From: Podarcis melisellensis | Lineage: Eukaryota | DNA length: 64,000 nucleotides | Strand: one strand, 5' to 3' | Assembly: GCA_964234715.1 (NCBI GenBank) | Contig: OZ174285.1 | In this document: positions 62,631-64,000 of the stretch, one piece after another | Layout of the letters: every line of letters starts with the position of its first letter | Position numbering within the stretch: position 1 is the stretch's first letter | Notes under the pieces: generated by a model | What the model was told of the DNA's origin: nothing | The model's database searches: none | What the model saw: only the letters and a program-made list of their open reading frames with translations | Program-made: the position numbers and the translations under genes

Positions 62631-64000
62631 GTACTCCCAAAGTTCTTGAGATTTGCTGGTGAAATGCTTGCTCGTTTTTTGTCAGAAAGTTTAGCAGCTG
62701 CAGGCAGAATGATTAAATAGAAATGGTTTATTGAAGTTTGGTCAGAGATAGCAGATGATAAGAGCCAAAGACAAAGGCTGCCCTATCTCTGCACCCTTAA
62801 CAAATGCAAAAAAACACACAAAACCCCAGTTTCTGGAGGTCTGCCAAATGATTTGTGATGTTCTATCTCCAAGGAAGCAGACATTGACTTCAGATCTGCT
62901 TCTTGGCAAACTGAAAGCATGTTGGGAAAGTGTTTCCAATACCATCCACTTGGAAGCACGAGCTTTTCCATGTCTCTTTACTTTCACAGGAAATATTGAA
63001 CCAGGAGCCAGTTGCCATTTCCCATATAAATTTGCCAGGGAAGCTGAAATCGCCTGAAATGTTTAAATAACCACCCCCAAGGAAGAGCTCCGCTAGAACA
63101 CTGTTTTCCTCCATGTAATAATGCCCCTTGAGAAATCCACATAAGAGGTGTTCTGTTGGAGTGCAGAATTCATGTGGATCGTACCCTCCATTATGTTTGT
63201 CATGTGCCTTACTTCAAGAGCCCTCTTCTGTGGAGTTTATATTGAGGACTGTTCAGATGATAATCAGTTGTGGGGTCCACGTGAGCTGCTTCCTAGCGAT
63301 TGTAGGCACTTGAGATTCCAATTGGGTTAGGCTTCGTGTTTTACCTTTGTGGGTTTGTGAAAATCAAACTTCAGAACAGTGGAGCTTGACTTTAGGTAGC
63401 AATAAGGAGACTTGAAGGAGAGCAAAGGGGAAGAGCAGAAGCAAAATTCATCAGAAGCGTCACCCAGCGATATTCAGGGAGCTGCTTTGGTCCTTATGTA
63501 CTACTGAGCTGCAAAAGGACCATGTCTTGGGGGCGGGGGGGGGGCACCACCTGCTCACTCGCTAAAATAAGCAAAAGATTTGCACATATTTGAAATTGCA
63601 CCTCTGGAGCTGACCCTTAGGTATAGTGGCAAAGGCGCTTTCAGCTCCCCCCTAAGGAATGCCCCACCTGATTCCAGACTCTCATGTGTGATGCATGTTT
63701 CCTGAAATTGCGTCCAAGTGGGCCCACAGTAGCCCCCTCCACCACACCGGACAGCAGCGCCTGTCTCCAAGGATAAAGATGAGGCTCTCTCTCCCCTCTT
63801 CCTTCTGCTGTGTGCATTATACAAAGACAGAACATCATGCCTAGGACAGTTTGACACATTGCCCCGTGTGGGAGAATGACTTCTCTCAGAACCCTGCAGT
63901 CCATGCGCCCAGGCCAGAACCACAGTGGCTTCCCACAGCGGCAACATCAAGTCGTAGTGTACTCTGCATGCGCATCTCCCACATTTATGGGGCATGCCAC

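Overview
This is vertebrate genomic DNA from a squamate, probably a lacertid lizard, judged from the Sauria SINE, squamate L2/CR1 LINEs and hAT MITEs. The whole window lies inside one + strand gene, UNC13B (Munc13-2), and covers its 5' part. It holds the C2A-domain exons (151-2987), linker exons, a 36-nt microexon (19359-19394), a ~8.8 kb giant coding exon (from 27385), the ubMunc13-2 calmodulin-binding exon (38966-39056) and the 2.3 kb exon encoding the brain-type bMunc13-2 N-terminus (60284-62630). The first exons and the C1/C2B/MUN/C2C exons lie outside the window. Splice phases of the well-supported ubMunc13-2-path exons join in frame; the b exon is treated as a separate alternative N-terminus. 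Most notable observations: (1) the bMunc13-2 exon carries a coiled coil followed by a segment resembling the RRM of LINE ORF1 proteins, possibly a domesticated retrotransposon ORF1 module in a synaptic priming factor; (2) the giant exon encodes a Piccolo/Piccolino-like scaffold with clustered PxDLS CtBP/RIBEYE-type motifs and more than 20 ALPS-like amphipathic motifs; (3) the giant exon ends in a weak GC donor followed at once by stop codons, a possible switch between a giant full-length and a MUN-less truncated isoform; (4) a polyubiquitin-L2 chimeric retrocopy; (5) two hAT MITEs stacked at one target site. Most short ORFs in the supplied track are spurious. Comparisons to known proteins and repeat families are from recall, not from a search.
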